Assembly (NCBI GenBank): GCA_963677895.2
Contig: CAXXGJ010000006.1
Coordinates: forward strand, 192,001 to 256,000
Length of the DNA: 64,000 nucleotides
Reading direction: 5' to 3'
Source: Treponemataceae bacterium
Lineage (GTDB): Bacteria; Spirochaetota; Spirochaetia; Treponematales; Rectinemataceae
Position numbers and translations under genes: made by a program. Every line of letters begins with the position of its first letter. The first letter of the stretch is position 1. Below, piece after piece: positions 47,792-56,692 of the stretch. The notes under the pieces were generated by a model. The model saw only the letters and a program-made list of their open reading frames with translations, had not been told where the DNA came from and made no database searches.

Positions 47792-47956
47792 CTCATTAAT
47801 CTCTTATCCCATAAGATATTGTATCTAAATATTAATGTTTATAAAGCCTTTGGCATTAATTGTTAATGTCCAAAGTTAACACGGATTTTACTCTAATGGT
47901 TTTATCAAAGCAATCATTTCAGCATACTTCCACTTGAGAAAAGCAAGGAGGTATCG

Positions 47957-48148
47957 ATGGCTGAGGAGTTGAAGGAAGGATTGTTCTCTGTACGACGAGC
48001 AGCTACCTATCTGGGAATCTCAGCGCAGACGTTATATAGGCGTCATCCCGAGATTCCTAGAATTCGGATAGGATCACTGATTCGTTTCCAGCGTACAGAC
48101 CTGGATCAATACATCGACAAGAATCGTTTTGTAAAAGCGGAACTCTAA
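47957..48148 (+). CDS. Excisionase-like HTH_17 protein
   Basis: AAGGAGG RBS; SVRRAATYLGISAQTLYR...RIGSLIRF. Confidence 0.85.
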   Translation: MAEELKEGLFSVRRAATYLGISAQTLYRRHPEIPRIRIGSLIRFQRTDLDQYIDKNRFVKAEL

Positions 48149-48167
48149 AAGGAAAGGAGCACATCAT

Positions 48168-48368
48168 ATGACAACTGAGGAGAGCTTGATGGCAAATAAG
48201 AATCTCGAGGTAGCCCTTGCGGAGGCACCTCAATATGGCTGGTTGAGCATAACGATCAAGTTTAGGGCAGGGAAAATCTGCCAGATAGAACGGCACAAAT
48301 TAGTTCAGACATTACCAAGTAAGGAAGTTCCTTACGGTATAAAACAGATTTCAAGGAGTATCAAATGA
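48168..48368 (+). CDS. Small DUF2292/YezD-like protein
   Basis: YGWLSITIKFRAGKICQIER pattern; AAGGAG RBS. Confidence 0.55.
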   Translation: MTTEESLMANKNLEVALAEAPQYGWLSITIKFRAGKICQIERHKLVQTLPSKEVPYGIKQISRSIK

Positions 48369-49138
48369 ACAGAGCTAATCTAGTTAATCATGAGTCACTT
48401 AACGAGGATCATGCAAAAAAAAACAGAAGACGTTCTATTGATTTAGAAGCACTGTTATACGGCAATCTTCCATCAAAAAAGATCACCCAAGTTTGGACGG
48501 AGGATGGAAGAATCGATTTTATTACCTTTCATAGGGTTCTATTAAAATCCCTCATTAGCCAAAACAAAAGAGTAATTTTCATAACAGGTGATGCAGATTT
48601 GCCAAAACTTCCCTGTATTATTTCTTCGCAAGGTGAAAAATGTATAAGCCCATTGCTAAAAATTTATAAAGTCAGCTTCTTTGAAGAAATCGAAGAGATT
48701 CTTAAGGAAGAGGAAAAATCTCCAGCTGCAATAATCATTGATGGAATCAGTAAAGTTATGTGTCATAGCCAGAGGGGAAAAGGCCATGATGATGCTGATT
48801 TAGTAGAAATTGATAAGGCAGAACTGAATGCTGAAAAGAAAATCATGAAACTCTTGCAACAAAGAACCAAGGATTTTGATTTTCCGGTTTTATTTACTTC
48901 ATATAGTAACCAGGTCTATAGGTCTGGAGGTTACTCATTAGGGTTTTGCCCTGATAAAGAACCCGTACTTTTTTATGGATCGGATATATCCATTGAACTC
49001 ATTCCAGACTCATTGGTGGATGGTTTTCATTACATACAAGCTTTTGAGTATAGACTTTCCAGGAAAACAAAAAAAGAATTGATATTCGCTTGGCCGATAC
49101 GATCCTATTGGAGCCAAGGGTCACTAATCGACCTATAA
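48365..49138 (+). CDS. RecA-fold protein with degenerate Walker A
   Basis: Colinear with the RecA core (SIDLEALLYGNLP, VIFI, IIIDGI, LF..NQ, FYGS) but no GKT. Confidence 0.6.
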   Translation: MNRANLVNHESLNEDHAKKNRRRSIDLEALLYGNLPSKKITQVWTEDGRIDFITFHRVLLKSLISQNKRVIFITGDADLPKLPCIISSQGEKCISPLLKIYKVSFFEEIEEILKEEEKSPAAIIIDGISKVMCHSQRGKGHDDADLVEIDKAELNAEKKIMKLLQQRTKDFDFPVLFTSYSNQVYRSGGYSLGFCPDKEPVLFYGSDISIELIPDSLVDGFHYIQAFEYRLSRKTKKELIFAWPIRSYWSQGSLIDL

Positions 49139-49280
49139 CAAGCCCTATCCTAAAAGAAAAATGACTATCAACAGAGGAGATAGAGTTGAAGGACCATATA
49201 TGAATTAGCCTTGATAAATATTAAGCCCTATAACGAGCCCCATCTTAATAGAAAACTGATCATAGGTTTAGGAGATAGCA

Positions 49281-50321
49281 GTGATAGACAGTATTGGAAT
49301 TCATACGAAGATAAGTCTCGATGAAGTTGAGTCTTTTATTTATCACCTGCAAGAAGTTAAGAGAAGCCCACGTAAGATAATCGGAAAGATTAATGGTATT
49401 CCGATAAAGGTATTACAAAGTGGAGATATCTACTCAAACTTCAGTCTCCCTAAATACTTCCTAAGATTAACTGGTAAGGTATTAAACGTTACACTGATGC
49501 AAGAGTGTATTGAGAACATCTTGGATGATATACCCGCTTTTCATGATGGAAACCTGTATAGGATAGATATAGCTGATACATTTACGATGTCACAGCCGAT
49601 ACCAAATTATCTGGAGGTTCTTGGGCCAAAAAATAATTGTAGAAGAGTGGAAGATATCTTTGGGTCAAAACCATATAGATATGACTATGATCACCAGACT
49701 AAACACTATAGGTATAAAATACGATCTCTGGTTTTCTATGATAAAAACGCTGAAGAGTTAAGCCAACGTAAGGGGATGAAGCCTGAAAAATTCATTCACA
49801 ATCTATCTACCAACGAACTACGATACGAACTTCAATTCAAGGAAGGTGTCGCAAAACAATTATACAGTGATATAGAATATCAATTTACGCTAATGGATCT
49901 ATTACATCCTAGTCTGTTAAAATTGCTCGCTGATTATTGGAAGAATGAATTTGATGATATCTTGTTAATTCCTCAAAGCTGCTTTTGTCCAGTATTTGAT
50001 ACAACGATAGGTTTTCAAAATGCATTGGCAAGCTATGGCTATCAATGTGCTGGGCCAAATAATGTTGAGGCTTTAATAAAGAAAGCAACGAAAGAACGTA
50101 AGATAAGCAGTCAAAGTGGTTCTCGATTAAGAAGAAAATTACGTAAGAATTATAGGCAGTATTCTAAAGGGATACAATCAGATCCAATTTCTGAGCTGCA
50201 AAACGCTGTGAATACGTCATATAAGAAGTTCCTTACGCACATAGAGTCACTCCAAACCATACAGGCTGTTCAGCAGAATGAACTCAATAACCTAATTGAA
50301 GGAGATAACGATGAAAAATGA
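49281..50321 (+). CDS. Phage/plasmid replication initiator, gene II/X (Rep_trans-like) family
   Basis: MIDSI, SLPKY, YRIDIA, LVFYDK, LRYELQF; AGGAG RBS with GTG start. Confidence 0.75.
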   Translation: MIDSIGIHTKISLDEVESFIYHLQEVKRSPRKIIGKINGIPIKVLQSGDIYSNFSLPKYFLRLTGKVLNVTLMQECIENILDDIPAFHDGNLYRIDIADTFTMSQPIPNYLEVLGPKNNCRRVEDIFGSKPYRYDYDHQTKHYRYKIRSLVFYDKNAEELSQRKGMKPEKFIHNLSTNELRYELQFKEGVAKQLYSDIEYQFTLMDLLHPSLLKLLADYWKNEFDDILLIPQSCFCPVFDTTIGFQNALASYGYQCAGPNNVEALIKKATKERKISSQSGSRLRRKLRKNYRQYSKGIQSDPISELQNAVNTSYKKFLTHIESLQTIQAVQQNELNNLIEGDNDEK

Positions 50322-51330
50322 AGCAGATTCTCTACAAAAACGATGCAAACTTTTTCAGAAAGTAGAAGAAACAGGTAACGTGGCTGAAGCCTGTCGGACT
50401 CTGGGCGTCAATAAATCATCCTACTACAATTTTAAAAGCCTATATGAGAAATATGGAGTTGAGGGGCTTAAGGGGAATAACAAAGAGGACTTGAAACATC
50501 TGTCATCAGAAAAGGCTAGAAAACGAAAGATGGACAAAATAGCTGAGTACGTTATTCAATATCCTGAAGTCGGTTGTCATAGGATTAGAAATTTTCTTCT
50601 TGAAGAGAAAGTTTCAATGTCTGCAAATGCTATTCAAAATGCACTTAAATACAGGGGATTAGGCTCAACTATTGATAGGATTCATGCCCTTGAGGAAAAG
50701 TTATACAAGGAAGATACAAACCCTACTGAGGAGCAGCGTGAACTTATAGAAGGAAAAGACCCATGTATGAAGGAGCGGGGATTAGTGTGTAAAGCCCCAG
50801 GCGAAGTTTTAGTTCAATGTATTTCTAGCTTGCATACACCTTCAACTCAGAAAGTATTATTCGCTCATTATGTAATTGATCGGTATGGATGCCTGGCCTT
50901 CCTAATATTCGACCGTTCGGAGTCAATTGATGTTTCTATCCGGCTGCTAAACGATAGTGTAATTCCTTACTACGATGAAATGGGAATCAAGATTCAAGAG
51001 ATTTTGCTTGAAGCCGAAGAAGAGCCTGATGCAGAAAACTTGTCAAGATATAGTAGTTTCGTGAAGAACTATGGAATAGCGCTTAGGTTCATAGAAAGCA
51101 CAGATGAAAACGCAGATGGGTTTGCCCAGCGTTTTGAGACCTGCTTTTGTGATAAGCTACTATCTGATCCAAAGACAAAGTTGTATCTAGAAGAGATTGA
51201 AGTCTTAAACGAGAAGTGCCAGATCTGGTTGAATCGGTATAATTCTAGTTCATATCATGGCTATAGGAATTTTGGGAACTCTCCATATGATGTAATCAAA
51301 GAATATCGAGCTGGCAGGCAACCAATCTAA
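50311..51330 (+). CDS. IS481-family transposase-derived protein with inactivated DDE triad
   Basis: GNVAEACRTLGV HTH, LLNDSVIPYY, W..RYN, G.SP; triad positions read C/E/Q. Confidence 0.75.
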   Translation: MKNEADSLQKRCKLFQKVEETGNVAEACRTLGVNKSSYYNFKSLYEKYGVEGLKGNNKEDLKHLSSEKARKRKMDKIAEYVIQYPEVGCHRIRNFLLEEKVSMSANAIQNALKYRGLGSTIDRIHALEEKLYKEDTNPTEEQRELIEGKDPCMKERGLVCKAPGEVLVQCISSLHTPSTQKVLFAHYVIDRYGCLAFLIFDRSESIDVSIRLLNDSVIPYYDEMGIKIQEILLEAEEEPDAENLSRYSSFVKNYGIALRFIESTDENADGFAQRFETCFCDKLLSDPKTKLYLEEIEVLNEKCQIWLNRYNSSSYHGYRNFGNSPYDVIKEYRAGRQPI

Positions 51331-51429
51331 ATGGACAGAGTTTTTGGTACTTCCCTATTGGATGAGGAGATTTATGCCACCAGAATACTTAATGGACTCC
51401 AAAAAAGGGGACCGAATAGAAAGGATTAA

Positions 51430-51581
51430 CTCCTTACGGCAAGAAGAAGGGGCCTTACATACGGGATAAAGCGGGCTGGGAAGGGCTCGATCCAAGAGCT
51501 TGAAAAAAGGCTCCTTACGGTTTTCCCGTTACGCTCGAACTGCAGCTTCTATAAAAATGAAAAGCACCTCCTTACGGTTTT
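51430..51581 (+). repeat. Three direct repeats CTCCTTACGG
   Basis: 51430-51439, 51511-51520, 51568-51577; copies 2 and 3 extend to CTCCTTACGGTTTT. Confidence 0.9.
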
Positions 51582-51751
51582 GTGCTTAAGTACAAAAGTG
51601 TACTTCCATATGACTTGAACCAGATCTAAAAGACAGTAAGAATTCCTCTTATGGCATGGCTCTGAAAGGCTTCTTCTTGCCTGGTTTTTGCTTGTTTCCA
51701 CCCTTCAACCGAAGTAGAATGACAAAAAGATGAAAAAAGGGAGAAGTTGAC

Positions 51752-54661
51752 GTGCCAGATGAGCTCAATCCATCCCAATGTCGTGCTGTTGAATCGACCG
51801 AAACTCCCCTCTTGGTTATCGCTGGGCCAGGTGCAGGAAAAACCAAGACTTTAGTTGAGCGAATAGTAGCCTTGGTCACAAAGAAGCAGGTGCCATCTGA
51901 GAGCATCTTTGTTGCGACGTTTACCGAGAAAGCAGCCAAAGAACTTGTAACTAGGGTTTCGAACAGGGCGATAGAGCTCGGTGTGGATATCAACCTCAGC
52001 GAAATGTATATTGGGACCCTTCATTCCATTTTCCTTAGAATTATCGAAGAATACCGGCCCTATACCTTGTTGATGAGGAACTATCGTGTTCTTGATGACT
52101 TCGAACAGCAATACCTTATCCACCGTTCCTTAGCAGCCTTTCAAGCAGTGAGCGATTATAACACCCTCATAAAGCCCATGCTAAACCGCTGGGAACAAGC
52201 AAAAGAGGTAGCGGGGCTCGTCAATAAAGCTGCGGAAGAAGATCTTGAACTTGACCGGCTTTCAGCATCTCCTTCTGCCGAACTGAAAGCGCTGGGGGCG
52301 ATCACCCAAGTATATCGTTCCAAGCTGCAGGAAGAAAACGCCTTAGATTTTTCGACAATCCAATCGACGATGCTCAAACTCATCACTGAACAGCCAAAGG
52401 TTCTTTGCGACCTTCAAACGAAGATTAGATACTTCATGATAGACGAATACCAGGATACGAATACGATCCAGGAAAAGATTCTCCTTATGCTAGCCGCTCC
52501 TGATAACCGCATCTGCGTTGTTGGTGACGACGACCAGAGCCTGTATCGGTTTCGCGGGGCGACCGTAAGGAATATCCTGGAATTCAGAAAGAATTTCGCC
52601 TCAGGAGAATGCGAGAAAGTTGAGCTTGTCACCAACTACCGATCACACCCCAAGATCATTGATTTCTACAACGAATGGATGGGATCTATTCCGTCGAAGG
52701 GTTCATGGACGGGAGAAACTGGAGAGAGTTTTCGCTATCCCAAATTGATACGACCGCGAGACACGACGTTCTCGGACTATGAATCTGTCGTAAAAGTTGC
52801 GGGGCTGGAGAGCCAAGAATCTTGGAATGAAGAGGTCCTTACGTTCTTGCGATCCTTGAGAGACAAGGGGATTCTTAAGGATAACAACCAAGTTGCATTT
52901 CTATTCCGATCAGTCAAGAACAGCAAGGCGATTGCGCTAGCGACTTTTCTTGAAGAAAATGGCGTCCCAGTCTTCTCTCCAAGATCCGCACTCTTTTTCC
53001 AGCGAGAAGAGATTCGACTGCTCATCGGAGCATATGTCTTTCTCTTTCCTCAGCTCATTGAAAAACACCTGAAATGGCAAGCTGACGCCGAACTTAAGGA
53101 ATGGGATTACTATCGAGAATGCCTTGAGCTCTTCACGAATGAATTGCGAGCGAATCCTGATCTGCATAAGGAGCTCAGGATTTGGTGTGCCAAGAAGGCG
53201 AAAGTCCATAGCTCCTTGAGCGAGAATACAAACTACTCTTTCGCCTCGCTCTTCTATGAACTCCTGGCCTTTCCCATGTTCTCACGTTATGTGGATACAG
53301 AACTGACCGGTGGGGTGTCGGACCTCCGTCCTGTCTATAATCTCTCGCTTTTCAGTCAACTCCTGGCCAAATTCGAGTTTCTTCACAATATAATCGTCCT
53401 TACACCCGAAAGCTTAACAAAAGATCTCCGCTCTCTTTTCAACCAATACCTCCGCTATCTCATTGATGGTGGTATCGCTGAGTATGAGGATTTCGATAGC
53501 TTCGCGCCTTCTGGATGTGTATCGTTCATGACCATTCATCAATCCAAAGGCTTGGAATTCCCGATCGTTTTAGTCGATTCGCTCAATAGTGTTCCAGTTA
53601 CTTCCATCGAAGCTATCGATACAGCGCTGGCGAATTTCTATCGGGAAGATGAGCCTTTTGAACCCCCGGAACGAATCAAATATTTCGACTTCTGGAGACT
53701 CTATTACACTGCGTTTTCCAGAGCACAGAATCTCCTTGTCCTTACTGGCGCTGAAAACCATTCAGGAAAGGGTATGTCTCGACTTCCATCACTCTACTTC
53801 GCACCACTTTATAACAAGCTTCCTGACTGGAGGGATGCGCGGCTCGACGAAAGTCATCTTCTCTTGGACACAGTAAAGCCAGCGAATATCAAACACGAAT
53901 ACTCATTTACATCTCATGTCTTGCTTTACGAGGATTGCCCTCTCCAATACAAGTTCTTCCGTGAACTGGAGTTCAGCCCTGTCCGGACAAACGCTATTCT
54001 ATTTGGTACTCTTGTGCATCAGACGATTGAAGATGCGCATAAGGCTGTTTTGGCTGGCAAGTCAGACATGATCACCGCAGACCAGATTCACTTTTGGCTC
54101 GAAGCGAACTACAAGAGCCTCTCCAAGTCGACAAGAACATACCTGGCGCAAGGGACTTTAGGAGCTGTTGAGGATCATGTTCTTCGCTACGTGGATCAGG
54201 CTAGCCGGGACTGGAGCGCAATCCAGGAAGCTGAACTCAGGGTTGCGCTGCTGAAAGAGAACTATATCCTTACGGGTTCAATAGACCTCATTCGCGGCAA
54301 AGAACAAAGCGTCGAGATCATCGACTTTAAAACTGAAAAGAAACCTGATATCAACAGCCCGGAAGGCCGTGAAAAACTCGACAGATATAGGCGTCAGCTT
54401 GAAATATACGCCCACATAGTTGAAGAACGATATGGTCATGAAGTGAGTCGGATGCATCTTTACTATACGGGGGCAAAAAACGAGAGTCCTTACATAAGCT
54501 ATGACTATGAACCGAGGAAGATCGACAGCACAATTACTGCCATTGGCGGTGTGGTAGGGAAGATTGAAGCGAAAAACTTCGATCATCACCATGTTGAAAA
54601 GTCAGAGCGACATTGCAGCAATTGTGACGTCAAACCCTTCTGCTGGAGGAATTTTATCTAA
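51752..54661 (+). CDS. UvrD/PcrA-like SF1 helicase fused to an AddB/Cas4-like PD-(D/E)XK nuclease
   Basis: AGPGAGKT, DEYQDT, GDDDQSLY.FRGA, TIHQSKGLEF; C-terminal EDCP, IDL..IIDFKT, QLEIY, CSNC...C. Confidence 0.9.
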   Translation: MPDELNPSQCRAVESTETPLLVIAGPGAGKTKTLVERIVALVTKKQVPSESIFVATFTEKAAKELVTRVSNRAIELGVDINLSEMYIGTLHSIFLRIIEEYRPYTLLMRNYRVLDDFEQQYLIHRSLAAFQAVSDYNTLIKPMLNRWEQAKEVAGLVNKAAEEDLELDRLSASPSAELKALGAITQVYRSKLQEENALDFSTIQSTMLKLITEQPKVLCDLQTKIRYFMIDEYQDTNTIQEKILLMLAAPDNRICVVGDDDQSLYRFRGATVRNILEFRKNFASGECEKVELVTNYRSHPKIIDFYNEWMGSIPSKGSWTGETGESFRYPKLIRPRDTTFSDYESVVKVAGLESQESWNEEVLTFLRSLRDKGILKDNNQVAFLFRSVKNSKAIALATFLEENGVPVFSPRSALFFQREEIRLLIGAYVFLFPQLIEKHLKWQADAELKEWDYYRECLELFTNELRANPDLHKELRIWCAKKAKVHSSLSENTNYSFASLFYELLAFPMFSRYVDTELTGGVSDLRPVYNLSLFSQLLAKFEFLHNIIVLTPESLTKDLRSLFNQYLRYLIDGGIAEYEDFDSFAPSGCVSFMTIHQSKGLEFPIVLVDSLNSVPVTSIEAIDTALANFYREDEPFEPPERIKYFDFWRLYYTAFSRAQNLLVLTGAENHSGKGMSRLPSLYFAPLYNKLPDWRDARLDESHLLLDTVKPANIKHEYSFTSHVLLYEDCPLQYKFFRELEFSPVRTNAILFGTLVHQTIEDAHKAVLAGKSDMITADQIHFWLEANYKSLSKSTRTYLAQGTLGAVEDHVLRYVDQASRDWSAIQEAELRVALLKENYILTGSIDLIRGKEQSVEIIDFKTEKKPDINSPEGREKLDRYRRQLEIYAHIVEERYGHEVSRMHLYYTGAKNESPYISYDYEPRKIDSTITAIGGVVGKIEAKNFDHHHVEKSERHCSNCDVKPFCWRNFI

Positions 54662-54723
54662 AATATATTGCTATTTTGTAAAAAATGTGCAAATATTGAG
54701 TATATTTCCTCTTGGAGGCTAAT

Positions 54724-56013
54724 ATGCTGCTAGAGTTTCGTGTTTCCAACTATCGATCTATCAGGGATGAGCAATGCCTCAGTCTCATGCCAGTTGCAGC
54801 TGATACAGCTCTCAAAGCAAGCAATGTTTATAAAACCAATAGTAGCTTAGTACCTGAAGTGTTGAATGGCTGTGCTGTTTATGGAGCCAATGCCAGCGGG
54901 AAATCCAACCTATTCCGAGCTATGGGATTCATGCAAGCGCTTGTTAAAGAGTCCGCGACGGCGGTGAAAGCCGGGCAAGCGCTCAATGTGCAGAGCTTCG
55001 CCTTTGACAAAACACATCCTTCTTCAGCTTCATCCTTTGAACTGACCGCTTTGATTGAGGGAGTACGCTATCAATATGGGTTCTCCCTGACAGCGAATCG
55101 AATACAAGACGAATGGCTATTGGTTTTTAAGTCCAGTAAGCCTCAGGAGTGGTTCTCCAGGAAATGGAACGAGAATACAAAGCAGCATGATTATGCTCCT
55201 TTCAGCGCCTATTTTTTGGGACAAAAGGATCTTTGGAAGCGTTCGACCAGAGAAAATGCCCTCTTCCTCTCCACTGCGGTACAGTTTAATAGTGAGCAGC
55301 TGAGACCTCTTTGGAATTGGATCGTCAATAGCTGGATCAATCTTCCTGCAATGGTACCTCTAAATATGAATATTACTCTTAACGCCATTGAACATGTGCA
55401 AGCTAAGAAGACCATTCTTGAGTTTCTGAACGCTGCTGATCTTGGGATTGCGGATATTTCAATTGTTAAGGCTCCTGGCAAGGAGGCGCTGTTTGCGATC
55501 GATGGGGCTACTGGAAATGCCTCGGTTTCTGAGAGCAAGGATACTGAAATACGAATGCCGCGATTCACCCATGTTGCCTCGCAGCAGACAGTAGCGCTGG
55601 ACTATCAAGATGAGTCTCAAGGAACTCAGCGCCTTTTTGAGTATGCTGGAATAATCCTCATGATCTTGCAGAATGGGATGACACTCGCAATTGACGAGAT
55701 TGAAAGTAGTATGCATCCCCTCCTGGTGCGGCATATTCTAAAGCTTTTCTTCTCTCCTGAGACGAATCCTCATGGTGCCCAGATCATATTCACGACACAC
55801 AGCACAACGCTCTTGGATAATGAGCTTCTCAGGCGGGACCAAATCTGGTTCACCGAGAAAGATGCAGACCTCGCTACCGCTTTGATTGCCTTCAGCGAGT
55901 TTAGTCCTCGCAAAAACGAGTCCTTTGAGAAGAACTATCTTGATGGACGATATGGCGCTATTCCTATACTCCGTACATTCCAGGCAAAGGAAGCGACGAA
56001 TGCACGAAAATAG
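54724..56013 (+). CDS. AAA_21 ABC-type ATPase (RloA/AbiLi-like)
   Basis: NYRSI, YGANASGKSN, ESQGTQR, IDEIESSMHP, FTTH, RRDQIWF, YLDGRYGAIP. Confidence 0.88.
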   Translation: MLLEFRVSNYRSIRDEQCLSLMPVAADTALKASNVYKTNSSLVPEVLNGCAVYGANASGKSNLFRAMGFMQALVKESATAVKAGQALNVQSFAFDKTHPSSASSFELTALIEGVRYQYGFSLTANRIQDEWLLVFKSSKPQEWFSRKWNENTKQHDYAPFSAYFLGQKDLWKRSTRENALFLSTAVQFNSEQLRPLWNWIVNSWINLPAMVPLNMNITLNAIEHVQAKKTILEFLNAADLGIADISIVKAPGKEALFAIDGATGNASVSESKDTEIRMPRFTHVASQQTVALDYQDESQGTQRLFEYAGIILMILQNGMTLAIDEIESSMHPLLVRHILKLFFSPETNPHGAQIIFTTHSTTLLDNELLRRDQIWFTEKDADLATALIAFSEFSPRKNESFEKNYLDGRYGAIPILRTFQAKEATNARK

Positions 56014-56692
56014 CCCCAAAAAACGTCAAATCAGACGTCTAGAACGTAAAGCCGGAAAGAGGCCGCTATATCCTCGTATACTGATGGTCTGTGAAGGAAG
56101 TAAAACGGAAAAACTCTACTTCGATGATATTCGACAGCATTGGAGAATATCTTCGGCTGATTGGGAGGTGTTGCCTTCTGAACTTGGAACGGGACCTGAA
56201 AAGGTTGTAGAGTTTGCGGAGCAGAAGGCTCGTGAGGAGAAGAAATGGGACGAAGTCTATTGCATTTTTGATCGCGATGACCATGTTTATTACCAAACGG
56301 CAATACAAAAAGCGAAAAGCCTCGACGGCAAAATACGGCCCAATGATCCAATTGCAGCCAGTTCTCGATTTATGGCGATACCCTCCATACCTTGTTTTGA
56401 GTTGTGGTATCTCATTCACTTCGTATCGATCACCCAAGAGCTTCCCAGGGATAAAGTGTACACGCAACTAAAGATTAAAGTTCCTGAATATAGTAAAGGT
56501 GCTGCAGGCATGTTCGAAAGAACATTTTCGAGACTCTCCTTCGCGTGTACAAGTGCCGAAAATGAGAGGAAGCGAAAAGAACAGTCTGGTAATGATAACC
56601 CTTCAACTGACGTAGACATTCTTGTTAAGCGTCTACAGGAAATCGGGGCGATGAAAACAAAAGCGATGACAAAACAGCGGGGCGAAGAATGA
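56000..56692 (+). CDS. RloB-family protein (AbiLii-like)
   Basis: VCEGSKTEKLYF, CIFDRD, SIPCFELWYLIHF, NPST; overlaps the ATPase stop. Confidence 0.88.
   Translation: MHENSPKKRQIRRLERKAGKRPLYPRILMVCEGSKTEKLYFDDIRQHWRISSADWEVLPSELGTGPEKVVEFAEQKAREEKKWDEVYCIFDRDDHVYYQTAIQKAKSLDGKIRPNDPIAASSRFMAIPSIPCFELWYLIHFVSITQELPRDKVYTQLKIKVPEYSKGAAGMFERTFSRLSFACTSAENERKRKEQSGNDNPSTDVDILVKRLQEIGAMKTKAMTKQRGEE

Noticed and set aside
50311..51330. Active IS481 insertion sequence
   Set aside because: Catalytic triad replaced; no convincing terminal inverted repeats or target duplication seen.
51430..51581. CRISPR array interpretation of the repeats
   Set aside because: Repeats are only 10-14 bp, irregularly spaced, and no cas genes are present; the Cas4-like domain is part of a helicase fusion.
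51752..56692. Gabija system (UvrD + ATPase/TOPRIM)
   Set aside because: ATPase and RloB are separate genes and the helicase is about 970 aa with a nuclease; order and architecture differ from GajAB.
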